Below, piece after piece: positions 1-10,344 of a stretch of 33,389 bases of DNA. A program made the translations under genes and the position numbers. Position 1 is the stretch's first letter. Each line of letters starts with the position of its first letter. The stretch is from Chiloscyllium plagiosum (Eukaryota): NCBI RefSeq assembly GCF_004010195.1, contig NC_057749.1, positions 15,001,318-15,034,706 of the forward strand. Direction: 5' to 3'. Below the pieces are notes generated by a model. It saw nothing but the letters and a program-made list of their open reading frames with translations. It did no database searches and was not told the origin of the DNA.

Positions 1-347
1 GACAGTGCGGCACTCCCTCAGCACTGACCCTCTGACAGTGCAGTGCTCACTCAGCAGTGACCCTCTGACAGTGCAGTGCTCACTCAGCACTGACCCTCTG
101 ACAATGCAGTGCTCACTCAGCACTGACCCTCTGACAGTGCAGTGCTCACTCAGCACTGACCCTCTGACAGTGCGGCACTCCCTTAGCACTGACCCTCTGA
201 CAGTGCAGTGCTCACTCAGCACTGACCCTCTGACAGTGCAGTGCTCACTCAGCACTGACCCTCTGACAATGCAGTGCTCACTCAGCACTGACCCTCTGAC
301 AGTGCAGTGCTCACTCAGCAGTGACCCTCTGACAGTGCAGTGCTCAC
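1..347 (-). repeat. 33-bp minisatellite array A (~10 units, runs off the window edge)
   Basis: Unit cagcactgaccctctgacagtgcagtgctcact, the reverse complement of the array B unit. Confidence 0.95.
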
Positions 348-1284
348 CATGCAGTGCCCTGGCTGCATTGGTCTGAATTTGATTCTCTTGTTTTCGATGG
401 GAGCCCTGAATCTGGAACCCTTCATGAGTGACAGCTGCCTGGTGAAAGTTCCTTGGCGACGGGTCCCTCTGGATATTGAGCCCAGGGAGAGGCGGGGTGG
501 GAATAAAGCCTTTGGCAGTGACTGTTAAGGCGGAGAGGAGTTGATCAATGCTCCCCCACCCCTCCAGGTCATTGTGGCCCCCAATATGGTGGTGATCCTG
601 GCTGATGTGGGGGGTTGCCCCATAAATCAGAACAAAAGGAACATGACCATGTCTGAACAGGAGGGATGGGGAGATGATGTGTCCCCCTTCAGAGTGGGAC
701 AGGTACGGGGTCTGAGAAGTGAAACAGCAGGACATGAGTGGTCCCTGTAGAATGGCCTTCAATCTAAAGCCAAACCAGCCTACAGCAGAATCTAATATTA
801 GTAACAGCTGTCTCTCAGTCCGGTCAACAGTTTCAGATTGTTCCCAGTGTTTGTTGACAGTATCTGGAGCTCTCTCTCTCTCTCTCTCCTTCCCTGTGAA
901 AGCTTGTCTCTGACTTTGAAACGGCGGCAGTTCCTTCAGGAGCTAACCTGCTTCCCCAACATTGGATCAGACAGTGAGGAGCTCACTGCTGACCAGTTTA
1001 CAGCAGATTAGCAGATCCCCTCTGATCTCTTACCTCAGTCAGTCAGAGGTGGGCACAGACTGAGATATTCCCCCACCGTCTCCCACCTCCTCCGGTCTCT
1101 CGCTGTCTCTGAAGGTAGGGAGTGGCTGATAATAAACTCTAGCACGGAGTTCAGGTTGGACAGGGTGGGGCAAGCAGTGGGAGGTCTGAACAAAACTACA
1201 CTGGGTCCCTCGTCCAGGGAGGGAGCTGCCCCTGTGTTATAGAGCAGGGAGCTGAGTGGTGTTGGGAGAGCCAGAGGCGGATAG

Positions 1285-1710
1285 TTTTGATTTGATTTAT
1301 TTTGTCCCATGGACCTAGGTATAGTGAAAGGTTTTGTTTTGCTGTACAGTACGGGCAGGTTATTACTATGCAAAGTGCATTAGGGTCATAGATCAGAGCA
1401 CGGAATACAATGTTACAGCTGCAGAGAAGGTGAACTAGGAAACCGAGATCAACATTAAATGTGGCATTTGAGAGGTCTATTCAGAAGTCTAATGACAGCA
1501 GGGAGGAAGCTGTTTGTGAATATATTTGTACATCTATTCAAATTTTTATATCTTCTGCCCAATGGAAGGGTTTGGAAGTGAGTATAAATGGGTGGGAGGG
1601 GTCTTTGGTGATGTTGGTTGCTCTCCCCGGGCAGTGGGAAGTGTAGACGTAGTCAATGGATGGGAGGCTGGTTTGTGAGATGGACTGGGCTGGCTGCACA
1701 CTCCCTGTTG
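1285..1710 (-). mobile_element. LINE 3' fragment, probably Rex1/Babar-like
   Basis: Starts with a tttgatttgatttatt tail and contains gggaggaagctgtttgtgaat and tatcttctgcccaatggaagg, which resemble recalled fish and shark Rex-type 3' ends read antisense. Confidence 0.5.
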
Positions 1711-1945
1711 TTGTTAAAGTGGACATGCATGAAGAGACAAACGGCAAAATAAAACAGGAGATACTGAGAATTGGGATGAATTCTGGGAGAAGAAGGTTTA
1801 TGTGGAGGAAAAGGCCAGCACGGAATTGCTGGGTCAAATAGCCATCAGTGCAATTCGGTGTAATGAGCAGCTCTGTCAGACACAATCGATGAACTGCAGG
1901 TACTGACGGCAGGGAGTTCATCGTCACAATCAGGACAACAACCAC

Positions 1946-3882
1946 AGGGTCAATACTGAGGGAGCGGGCAATGACAGAGGGTCAGTACTGAGGGAGTGCC
2001 GCACTCTCAGAGGGTCAGTGCTGAGGGAGTGCGCACTGTCAGAGGGTCAGTGCTGAGGGAGTGCCGCACTGTCAGAGGGTCAGTACTGAGGGAGTGCCAC
2101 ACTGTCTGAGGGTTCAGTGCTGAGGGAGTGCCACACTGTTGGAGTGTCAGTGCTGAGGGAGCACTGCACTGCCAGAGGGTCAGTGCTGAGGGAGTGTCGC
2201 ACTGTCAGAGGGTCAGTGCTGAGGGAGCACTGCACTGTCGGAGGGTCAGTGCTGAGGGAATGCTGCACGTTTGGAGGGTCAGTGCTGAGGGAGCACCGCA
2301 CTGTCGGAGGGTCAGTGCTGAGTGAATTCTGCACGTTTGGAGGGTCAGTGCTGAGTGAGCGCCGCACTGTCGGAGAGTCAGTGCTGAGGGAATGCTGCAC
2401 GTTTGGAGGATCAGTGCTGAGTGAGTGCCACTCTGTGTAAGGGTCAGTGCTGAGGGAGCACCACACTGTCGGGAGTTCAGTGCTGCACTGTCAGAAGGTC
2501 AGTGCTGAGGGAGTGGGCATTGTCAGAGGGTCAGTGCTGATGCAGTGAACACTGTCAGAGGGTCAGTGCTGAGAGAGTCCACACTGTTGGGGGTGGTGGG
2601 AGGGGTCAGTGCTGAGTGTGCGGGCACTGTCAGAGGGCCACTGCTGAGGTAGTGCTGCACTGTCGGAGGGTCAGTGCTGAGGGAGCAGGCACATCTAGTG
2701 AGTCAGTGCTGAGGGAGCGGGCACTGTCAGAGAGTCAGTGCTGAGTGCGTGCCGGTCTGTCAGAGGGTTAGTGCTGAGGGTGTGGGCACTGTCAGAGGGT
2801 CAGTGCTGAGTGAGTGCCGCTCTGTCGGAGGGTCAGTGCTGAGGGAGCGGGCACTGTCAGAGGGTCAGTGCTGAGGGAGTGCCGCACTGTTGGGGGGGTG
2901 AGCGCTGTTGGAGCAGGCACTGTCAGAAGTGCAGTGCTGAGGTAGTGCTGCACTGTCGGAGGGTCAGTGCTGAGGGAGCGGGCACTCTCACAGGGTCAGT
3001 GCTGAGTAAGTGCCACGCTGTCAGAGGGCCAGTGCTGAGGGTGCGGGCTCTGTCAGAGGGCTAGTGCTGAGAGAGTGCCACACTGTCGGAGGGTTCAGTG
3101 TTGTGGGAGTGCCGCACTGTCAGAGGATCAGCGCTAAGGGAGTGCCACACTGTTGGAGGGTTCAGCGCTGAGGGAGTGCCTCACTATCGGAGGGTCAGCA
3201 CTGAGGGAGTCCCGCACTGTTGAAGGGTCAATGCTGAGGGACTGCTGCATTGTCAGAGGGTCAGTGCTGAGGGAGTGCCGCACTGTTGGAGGGTCAGTGC
3301 TGAGGGAGTGCCGCACTGTCGGAGGGTCAGTGCTGAGGTATTGCCGTACTGTTGGAGGGTCAGTGCTGAGGTATTGCCGTACTGTCGGAGGGTCAGTGCT
3401 GAGTGAGCGCCGCACTGTCGGAGGGTCAGTGCTGAGGGAGTGCCGCATTGTCGGAGGGTCAGTGCTGAGGGAGTGCTGCACTGTCAGACTGTCAGTGCTG
3501 AGGGAGTGCCGCACTGACGGCAGGTCAGTGCTGAGGGAGTGCAGCACTGTCAGAGGGTCAGTGCTGAGGGAGTGCCGCACTGTCGGAGGGTCAATGCTGA
3601 GGGAGTGCCGCACTGTCAGAGGGTCAGTGCTGAGGGATTGCCGCACTGTCAGAGGGTCAGTGCTGAGTGAGCACTGCCTGTTGGAGGGTCACTGCTAAGT
3701 GAGTGCCGCACTGTTGGAGGGTCAGTGCTGAGGGAGTGCCGTACTGTCAGAGGGTCAGTGCTGAGAGAGTGCCGCACTGTTGGAGGGTCACTGCTAAGTG
3801 AGTGCCGCACTGTTGGAGGGTCAGTGCTGAGGGAGTGCCGCACTGTCGCAGGGTCAGTGCTGAGGGAGTGCCGCACTGTCGG
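1946..3882 (+). repeat. 33-bp minisatellite array B (roughly 55-60 variant units)
   Basis: Unit cagtgctgagggagtgccgcactgtc(a/g)gagggt with substitution and 1-2 nt deletion variants. It explains the 11-aa periodic ORFs. Confidence 0.97.
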
Positions 3883-4150
3883 ATATGCAATTCCTTTTCA
3901 TGATCCCACACAGTCTAATTTTGAAAGACAGGTGGATATTCCCCATGGTGCCTCTGGCCAGAATTTACCCTTTGGCCAACATCCCCAGTGAGCTGGAATG
4001 ATCTTCCCGTTGTGGCTTGTGGGATCGTGCTGTGTGAGATTTGCTCTTTTGTTTCCTTTATTCCAACAGTGCCAACAGTCCACGGCCTATAAAGTAATTT
4101 TGTGCATCCTTAGGTTGTGAAAGTGCTTTATAATTGAAAGCCTTCTTTTC
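3883..4150 (+). mobile_element. Degenerate Deu-domain SINE body and tail (SacSINE1/AmnSINE1-like)
   Basis: ctggccagaatttaccct, ttgtgggatcgtgctgtgtgaga and ggttgtgaaagtgctttataattgaaagccttcttt resemble the recalled DeuSINE core and 3' tail. Confidence 0.65.
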
Positions 4151-4197
4151 CTGTACAGGTCCCTGCAGATCTCGGAAGGTGACGCCAAGCATTCCCG

Positions 4198-4231
4198 ATG
4201 GATCCTGATCCCCAGCTGCTGTTGGTGACTG
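4198..4231 (+). CDS. PGPEP1L: PGPEP1L coding exon 1 (MDPDPQLLLVT-G)
   Basis: ATG at 4198 with an in-frame upstream TGA. 34 coding nt end in ACT G|gtatct (phase 1), joining exon 2 to give the family motif VTGFGPF. Candidate acceptor ttcttttcctgtacag at 4143-4158. Confidence 0.8.
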
Positions 4232-4496
4232 GTATCTCCCAGTTGCTGTATTCTGTGAAACCTTCCTGTTGTTTAATTTGCTGCCTGTTCTCGGGTCATC
4301 ACAGCCCTTTGTATTTCCGTTCCCACGTGTCCCCCCGACGCCCTTGGAAGTGCCCTCTCTCTGCCCTCCTGAGTACCACCTGCCAGCTTTGGCAAGATAT
4401 TTAACCACAGCTGCATTCGCCCTCCAGACCAATCCATCTCCTTGCCTGACAAGGAGACACCTTTGGTATCCGGTAATCCCAGTGGATGGCTTGGGG

Positions 4497-5159
4497 TGTT
4501 ATGGACCAGGCCTGACCCCCCCCTCAAAACATGTCAAGAAAGTAGCCCAGAGCCCAACTTTGCTCGTTGTTTGAAGCAAGTAGATATTCCAGGAGAGATG
4601 TGGTTGGTCAAACCACTTAGTTTTAAACAAAACAAAATTTATTTACATAGTTAATGACCGAAACACAAAGAAAACAGAATACCAAATAACGCAACCTATC
4701 CAATACCCCAGTAGGTCATCCCAACTTAATAACGCTGCTCCAAATACTCACAACAATCCCCATAAACCCTCCTTGGCACATAAGGCCGAATCAAATCCAG
4801 GGTCTGACAGGAGCGATGTCAGAGAGAGAGGGAGGATCAGCATGGACCTGTTTCTGTGGGTCTAGCAGCTTCACAACTGCCTGTTAAAGCCAAACCAAAC
4901 CAGAGGAGAGCTTACCTGGGAGAACTGTCCCTTTCATTGTACAAGTGTTTTATTTAAAACTTGAAAGCCCTTTGACTGAGGCAGTATCTGTTAGCTATAA
5001 TCAAACTGGCCTTAAACTCCTTCAAATCCAGACCTTTCGGAATCGCTGCTTTTACAACCTCTCTGAAAAAAATTCCAAGGGCAGCATAGCCTTGTTAAAG
5101 CAGCAGCTTCATCATGGGGGTCATACTCTCTCACAATGGGATCAAATCCTGCCATCACG
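4497..5159 (-). mobile_element. Possible solo LTR (~660 bp)
   Basis: Ends TGTTATGG...CCATCACG form an imperfect terminal inverted repeat. A - strand AATAAA lies ~140 nt from the inferred 3' end. No clear target-site duplication. Confidence 0.45.
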
Positions 5160-5164
5160 GTGAA

Positions 5165-5850
5165 ATCTGGAATGTGACACTGGTCTCGGTAATGGAAACC
5201 AGCATCGATTATTAAATAAAATCCCATCAGGTTCACTAAAGTTCTTCAGAGAAGGAAATCTGCCATCCTTACCTGGTCTGGCCTACAAGCCGCCAGAAAT
5301 GCAGGCCACTGTAAACTGCTCTCTGAACTGGTCTAGCAAGCTGCTCAGTTGAAGGGCAATTTGTTATGGACAGCCACCGGTGAGAACTACATACCTTGAT
5401 AGAAGAAATTGAACTTCCATTAACGTCATTGTGGGTCTACCTACAGCACATGGACTGCAGCGGTTCAAGAAGGCAGTTCATCCTCACCTTCTCCAGGGGC
5501 AACTAGGGATGGACAATACATACTGACTCAGCCAGTGACACCAACATCCCATAAACTGATTCATAAAATCCCACCCCAATCCCACCCCAATCAGTGGAAT
5601 TCCAATTAAATTTAAAAAGTCCGGAATTGAAAACTAGTTTAAGTGATAGTGACCATTAAACCATTGTCTATAGTTGAAAACACCCACCTGGGTCACTAAT
5701 GTTCTTTAGGGATGGAAATCAACCCTCCTTACCCAGTCTGGCCTACACATGACTCCAGACCCACAGTGATATGGTTGACTCTTTATGCCCTCTGGGCAAT
5801 AAGTAGCGAGCCACTCATTTCAAGGGCAATTAGGAATGGGCACAGAAATG
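5165..5850 (+). mobile_element. Clustered fragments of a second shark SINE family and a related LINE-like tail
   Basis: The block cccatc(t/a)ggttcactaa...gaaggaaatctgccatccttacctggtctggcctaca...gggcaattagg occurs twice here and again at ~12620-12750 (-), 27270-27440 (+) and 29230-29590 (-). Confidence 0.7.
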
Positions 5851-5853
5851 CTA

Positions 5854-6159
5854 GGCGCATGGTGGCTCAGTGGTTAGCAATGTCACCTCACAATGCCAGG
5901 GACCTGGGTTCAATTCCAGCCTCGGGCGACTGTCTGTGTGGAGTTTGCACATTCTCCCCGTGTCTGCGTGGGTTTCCTCCGGGTGCTCTGGTTTCCTCCC
6001 ACAGTCCAAAGATGTGCAGGTCAGGTGGGGTGGGTTGGCCATGGGAATTGCTGGGTTACAGGGATAAGGTAAGGTGGGTGCAGGTCTGGGTGGGGTGCTC
6101 TTCAGTGTGGACTCAATGGGCTGAATGGCCTGCTCCCACCCTGTAGGGATTCGATGATT
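5854..6159 (+). mobile_element. HE1-type V-SINE inserted into the tail of the older SINE
   Basis: tRNA-like head (tggctcagtgg A box, ggttcaattcc B box) and V-domain tgtgtggagtttgcacattctccccgtgtctgcgtgggtttcctccgggtgctc. The host tail resumes at ~6160 (ccagtgatgccaacatccc). Confidence 0.88.
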
Positions 6160-6232
6160 ACCAGTGATGCCAACATCCCATGGATTAATTATTTCATAAT
6201 AACACTGTTCATTTTGTTCTTTTCACTTGTAG

Positions 6233-6285
6233 GTTTCGGTCCATTCCGCCAGCACCTCACCAACCCAAGCTGGGCTGCTGTTCAG
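6233..6285 (+). CDS. PGPEP1L: PGPEP1L coding exon 2 (GFGPFRQHLTNPSWAAVQ)
   Basis: Acceptor ttttcacttgtag, donor CAG|gtattg, 53 nt. GFGPF..N.SW is the N-terminal signature of pyroglutamyl peptidase I (peptidase C15). Confidence 0.95.
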
Positions 6286-6329
6286 GTATTGAGACCAACA
6301 CGAGAATATCATTGACCTTCCCTTCGATC

Positions 6330-6492
6330 TTAGCTCACCGGCTTCAGTGATAACTCATGATCGGAGGGTTGTGGGTTCAAGCCCCAGTTGAGAAACTTGA
6401 CTGTAAAATCCAGACTGGTGCCTTACTAAGGGAATGTGGTCCGATCAGAGATGCTGCTTTCTCAGAGACAGCAATAAACACTGCCGTCCCCC
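6330..6492 (+). mobile_element. DeuSINE 5' part (degenerate)
   Basis: gttgtgggttcaagcccca B box followed by one decayed copy of the 33-bp minisatellite monomer. Confidence 0.55.
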
Positions 6493-6494
6493 TC

Positions 6495-6800
6495 CATAAG
6501 AAGTAGGAACAGGAGTAGGCCATTTGGCCCCTCAAGCCTATTCCACCATTCAATAAGGTCATGGCTGATATGACACTCCTCAGGTCCACTATCCTGCCCT
6601 TTCCCCAGAACCCCCTGATTCCCCGATTGATCAAGAATCTATTGATCTCAGCCTTAAATTAGAACTCAGCAAAGAGTTCCCAAGACTCACAACCCTCTGA
6701 GTGAAGAAATTCCTCTTCATCTCCATCTTAGGTTAGTGCCCCTTTACTCTGAGACTGTTCCCTCTGGTACTAGACTCTCCCATGAGGGGGAACATCTGCT
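6495..6800 (-). mobile_element. CR1-type LINE 3' fragment
   Basis: cataagaagtaggaacaggagtaggccatttggcccctcaagcc tail and gtgaagaaattcctcttcatctc, CR1 3' end in antisense. Confidence 0.75.
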
Positions 6801-6994
6801 CAGCATTGGCCTTGTCAGTGGTAGCTCAGTTCAATTTCTGGCCAATGGTAACCCCCATTGATAGTGGGAGATTCGGTGATGGTAATGCCATTGAATGTCA
6901 AAGGACAACAGTCTCAGCATTGACCCTGTCGAGCTCTTTAAGAATTGTATGTTTCAGGGTGACTGAGAACACAGAGCCTGTTGCTGTTTAGACC

Positions 6995-7180
6995 AGAAAA
7001 TTGGGGATGGGGTGGTGCGAATAATGTTCCTGCTCTTTGATTGGATGAGTACCACGGTCTTTCATGTCCACTTTCAAGGGACAAACAGGGTCTGACCTCA
7101 CCTGAAAAACAGTGCCTCCTACAGGACTAGACGTCCCCAGCATTATCCCAAGCCATTGGTCTTTGTGCTCAGGTGTCTGC
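6995..7180 (-). mobile_element. DeuSINE internal fragment (degenerate)
   Basis: The - strand reads ctgagcacaaa...atgctggggacgtctagtcctgtaggaggcactgtttttcaggtgag...gtggacatgaaagacc...aaagagcagg. Confidence 0.5.
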
Positions 7181-7339
7181 CCAGGCACTCAGTGAGAGCT
7201 GTTTCCACACAGGGGTATGGTTGGGAGCCATTGAAACATTAGGATTAGAAATCCTACCTTATTTGTTTATCTATCTGGCTTCCCAACCTTCCATCTCCAC
7301 TCACGGCGTGTCACTGAACCTGTTCATCTTGAAGAACAT

Positions 7340-7560
7340 AAAAACCGACAGAACTGCAGATGCTGGAAATCAGAAACAAAACCAGAAATTGCTGGAAAAG
7401 CTCAGTGGGTCTGGCAGCATCTGTGGAGAGAAATCAGGTTGTGAAGAAGGGACATTGGATCCAAAACATGAACTGTTTCTCTCTCCACAGATTCTGCCAG
7501 ACCTGCTGAATTTCCCCAGCACTTTCTGTTTCTGATCTCCAGCCATCCACAATTGTTTGG
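7340..7560. mobile_element. Palindromic element, probably derived from a Penelope-like terminus
   Basis: Left arm gatgctggaaatcagaaac...ggtctggcagcatctgtggagaga pairs with right arm tctctccacagattctgccagacc...gtttctgatctccagcatc. Confidence 0.7.
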
Positions 7561-7793
7561 TCTCTGTTTGACCTCTCTATTAGAACAGCGAACTGTACAG
7601 CACAGGAACAGGCCCTTCGGCCCACGATGTTGTGCTGACCATGATACCAAATTAAACTAATCTCTTCTGTCTGCCCGCGGTCCATATATCTCTCCTGTTG
7701 ATAGGTGCCACCCTAGTTTCATGGATTGTTCAGGGGTGCAGTCGGGGGAAACATGAGAGGATTGTGCTCAGTCCACTGTGCTTGCAGCCAGGA

Positions 7794-8129
7794 TAGATTA
7801 GATTAGATTAGATTAGATTAGATTAGATTACTTACAGTGTGGAAACAGGCCCTTCGGCCCAACAAGTCCACACCGACCCGCCGAAGCGCAACCCACCCAT
7901 ACCCCTACATTTACCCCTTACCTAACACTACGGGCAATTTAGCATGGCCAATTCACCTGACCTGCACATCTTTCGACTGTGGGAGGAAACCGGAGCACCC
8001 GGAGAAAACCCACGCAGACACGGGGAGAATGTGCAAACTCCACACAGTCAGTCGCCTGAGAAGGGAATTGAACCCGGGTCTCTGGCGCTGTGAGGCAGCA
8101 GTGCTAACCACTGTGCCACCGTGCCGCCC
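7794..8129 (-). mobile_element. Full-length young HE1-type V-SINE with (GATTA)n tail
   Basis: The - strand starts gggcggcacggtggcacagtggttagcactgctgcctcacagcgccagagacccgggttcaattcc, has a complete V-domain and ends ccacactgtaagtaatctaatctaatc... Confidence 0.95.
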
Positions 8130-8930
8130 AAAATAGCTCCTAACCTTTCAGATCCTGCCATGGTTTTGACAATAAGATGAAATGTTTTTGCTAATTGAAG
8201 GTACTCCAGGATAACGTGCCTTGTTTTGAAAAGTGACTATCCCCACCTCATTCCCTGCCAGACACTAATCAACATGGTTCTTCCTTAGTGCCATTCTCCA
8301 TGGATCTCCCGGTCTCAGTGGAATGAGCACTTCTGTCCTGTGATTATTTGGCTACGAAGGCATCGCAGATGGAATTCTATCTTTGTATTCAGTGCCTCCA
8401 CAACCATTCCCTGACCCACAGCTCCTCCATTCTGTACCATTGTGGCTAATCTTCACCCACCCACCCACTCCCCGTTTCCCCCTGCTCCCCCTCCCCGCCA
8501 CGCCCCCCCAAAATAACTCTCTCTGTGCCAGTCTCAAAAACCAACAACGGAGCATCCATTAGCCTCTGGGGTGCAGAATCTCGAAGGTTCCTCCGATTGG
8601 CCCCTTATCCTGAGACTGTGCCCCGGAGTGTTTGATCAGCGGGAATCAGTCTCTACCCCCTGCAGTCCTTTCACAATTTACCCCCTGCAGCCCTTTCACA
8701 ATCTCGTACATCTCAATGAGGTGTCACCTCCCTTTGCCCCTAAACTCTGGAGAATATCAGGCCAGGTTGCTGAGCCCATCCTTACTCCAGAGTGCTGCCT
8801 CCGTACTGCTGCTAACACAACACACCCTTCCCTGAGATAAGGCCACCCAAGCTGCACATGGTATTCCAGGTGGGATATGGACATTCAGGACAATACATGA
8901 ATCTGTTACACTGTTTTATACAATCCACAG

Positions 8931-9047
8931 GAACTAAAGAAATTAGGCTCCGGGGACAAAATTCGGCTGGAAACGGTTGAACTACCTGTTCACTACCAGC
9001 GGGTCCGGGAGATACTGAGCAGGATCTGGGAAACCCAACAGCCACAG
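8931..9047 (+). CDS. PGPEP1L: PGPEP1L coding exon 3 (ELKKLGSGDKIRLETVELPVHYQRVREILSRIWETQQPQ)
   Basis: Acceptor caatccacag, donor CAG|gtatct, 117 nt, phase 0-0. ELPVxY motif of the C15 family. Confidence 0.95.
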
Positions 9048-9294
9048 GTATCTTATTCTGGAAAATTCCCTGGCCCTGCACTGTCCACAGTCACTTTGCT
9101 GCCTGTGGTCCTCAGTTCCTCTTGATGACCCCGAGCAGCTGCTGCCTATTTGCATGGTGATTTTGTTTTATAATTTGAAGTGGACAGAGCAGAGCTGAAG
9201 ACAATCAGAGGTCTCAGAGTGAGTCGATCTTCTCCACCAGAGAGAGTGAGTTTACATGAACTGGTGGGTGGTTCCAGCACATGATGGGAGCAAT

Positions 9295-9740
9295 GTGAGT
9301 GTGTGTGAGAGATATAGAGAGGATGTGTGAGAGAGATAGATTGTATAAGCAAACGAGTGTGAGAGAACGAATGTGACAGTGAACGTGACAGAGTGCAAGA
9401 GTGAAAATGTGTGTGACAGAGCATGAGTGTGAAAGTGATAGTGAAAGTGATAGAGATAGTACGTGTGAAGCTGAGAGGGAGTGTGTGTGTGTGTGTGTAA
9501 AACAGAGAGAGAGTGAATGTGGGAGTGTGAATTTGAAAGAATGAATGAGTGTGTGAGAGAGTGGGAGTGAGAGAATGAAAGTTTGAAGGAGTGTTCAGTG
9601 AGAGATGATGAGTGAAAGAGTGGTGAGTGAGAGAGTGGGAGAGTGGGAGTGACATTTTGAAGGGGTGAGAGAGAGACAGTGGGAGTGTGAGAGTGTTTGC
9701 ATAAACAAACAGCAGGTGAGAAGTGAATGAGCTGAACTGT
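9295..9740. repeat. Degenerate GA/GT low-complexity tract
   Basis: Mixed gtgt, gaga and gagtga runs. Confidence 0.85.
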
Positions 9741-9986
9741 GATGCTTTGGGAGTGAGATTCTGCTGTTAATTGGCCTCAGAAACACAGGCACGAGGCAAG
9801 AGGCAAGAGGGTAGCATCAGTCTGGTGGTGCCAACGGGTACCATATGTTCACCAGCGAGAATCAGAGAGACACAGGCAGGGATAGAGAACTGGGTAGGAC
9901 AATAACGGCATGGTTTCACTTTCACTGGGAAAACATTGCAGCGTCTGAGCGTGAAGTGATCCCACTCTGTGTCTGGTTTTGTTTAG

Positions 9987-10213
9987 CTGGCTGTGCATGT
10001 CGGAGTAGGAACAGCATCGAAGCTGATCATTCTCGAACAGTGTGCCAGGAACCAGGGATATAAAGATCCTGATGTTTGTGGTTGCTATGCAGCAGGAAGC
10101 TGCTGTGTGGATGGAGGGCCTGAGAAGATCGAGTCACTCATCAACATGAGATCTGTCTGTAAGAACCTCGCTGGACTGGACATTGCTATCATTTATTCCA
10201 GGGATGCAGGGAG
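9987..10213 (+). CDS. PGPEP1L: PGPEP1L coding exon 4 (LAVHVGVG...LEQCARNQGY...YSRDAG-R), catalytic Glu
   Basis: Acceptor ttttgtttag, donor AG|gtcagt, 227 nt, overlapping ORF 9993..10406. HVGV, LE.C..N.GY, CCV.GGPE and SRDAGR motifs. Confidence 0.96.
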
Positions 10214-10344
10214 GTCAGTAACTGTGACAGAAATACCTCGACAGTTTACAGATCCACTCATTCCTACAAGTGCAGCGATGAAATCAACTTCACAACCAGC
10301 AAGATATGAGCCAGTTCTGGAATGCACTGCCTGGGAGGGGGGTT

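Noticed and set aside
1..3882. 33-bp repeats as a CRISPR array, or the 11-aa-repeat ORFs as proteins
   Set aside because: Units are head-to-tail with no unique spacers, there are no cas genes and the context is vertebrate. The ORFs are open on both strands only because 33 is a multiple of 3.
8055..8129. tRNA gene
   Set aside because: This is the tRNA-derived head of an HE1 SINE, continuous with the V-domain. The same holds for the heads at ~5854, ~11693 and ~14862.
8655..8703. 24-bp tandem duplication (also an 11-bp duplication at 5570-5591)
   Set aside because: An ordinary slippage duplication inside old repeat sequence.
9146..9792. His/Thr/Ser-rich and Cys/Val-rich ORFs here and at 15397-15732, 26296-26635 and 28012-28570
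   Set aside because: They are translations of dinucleotide and low-complexity repeats.
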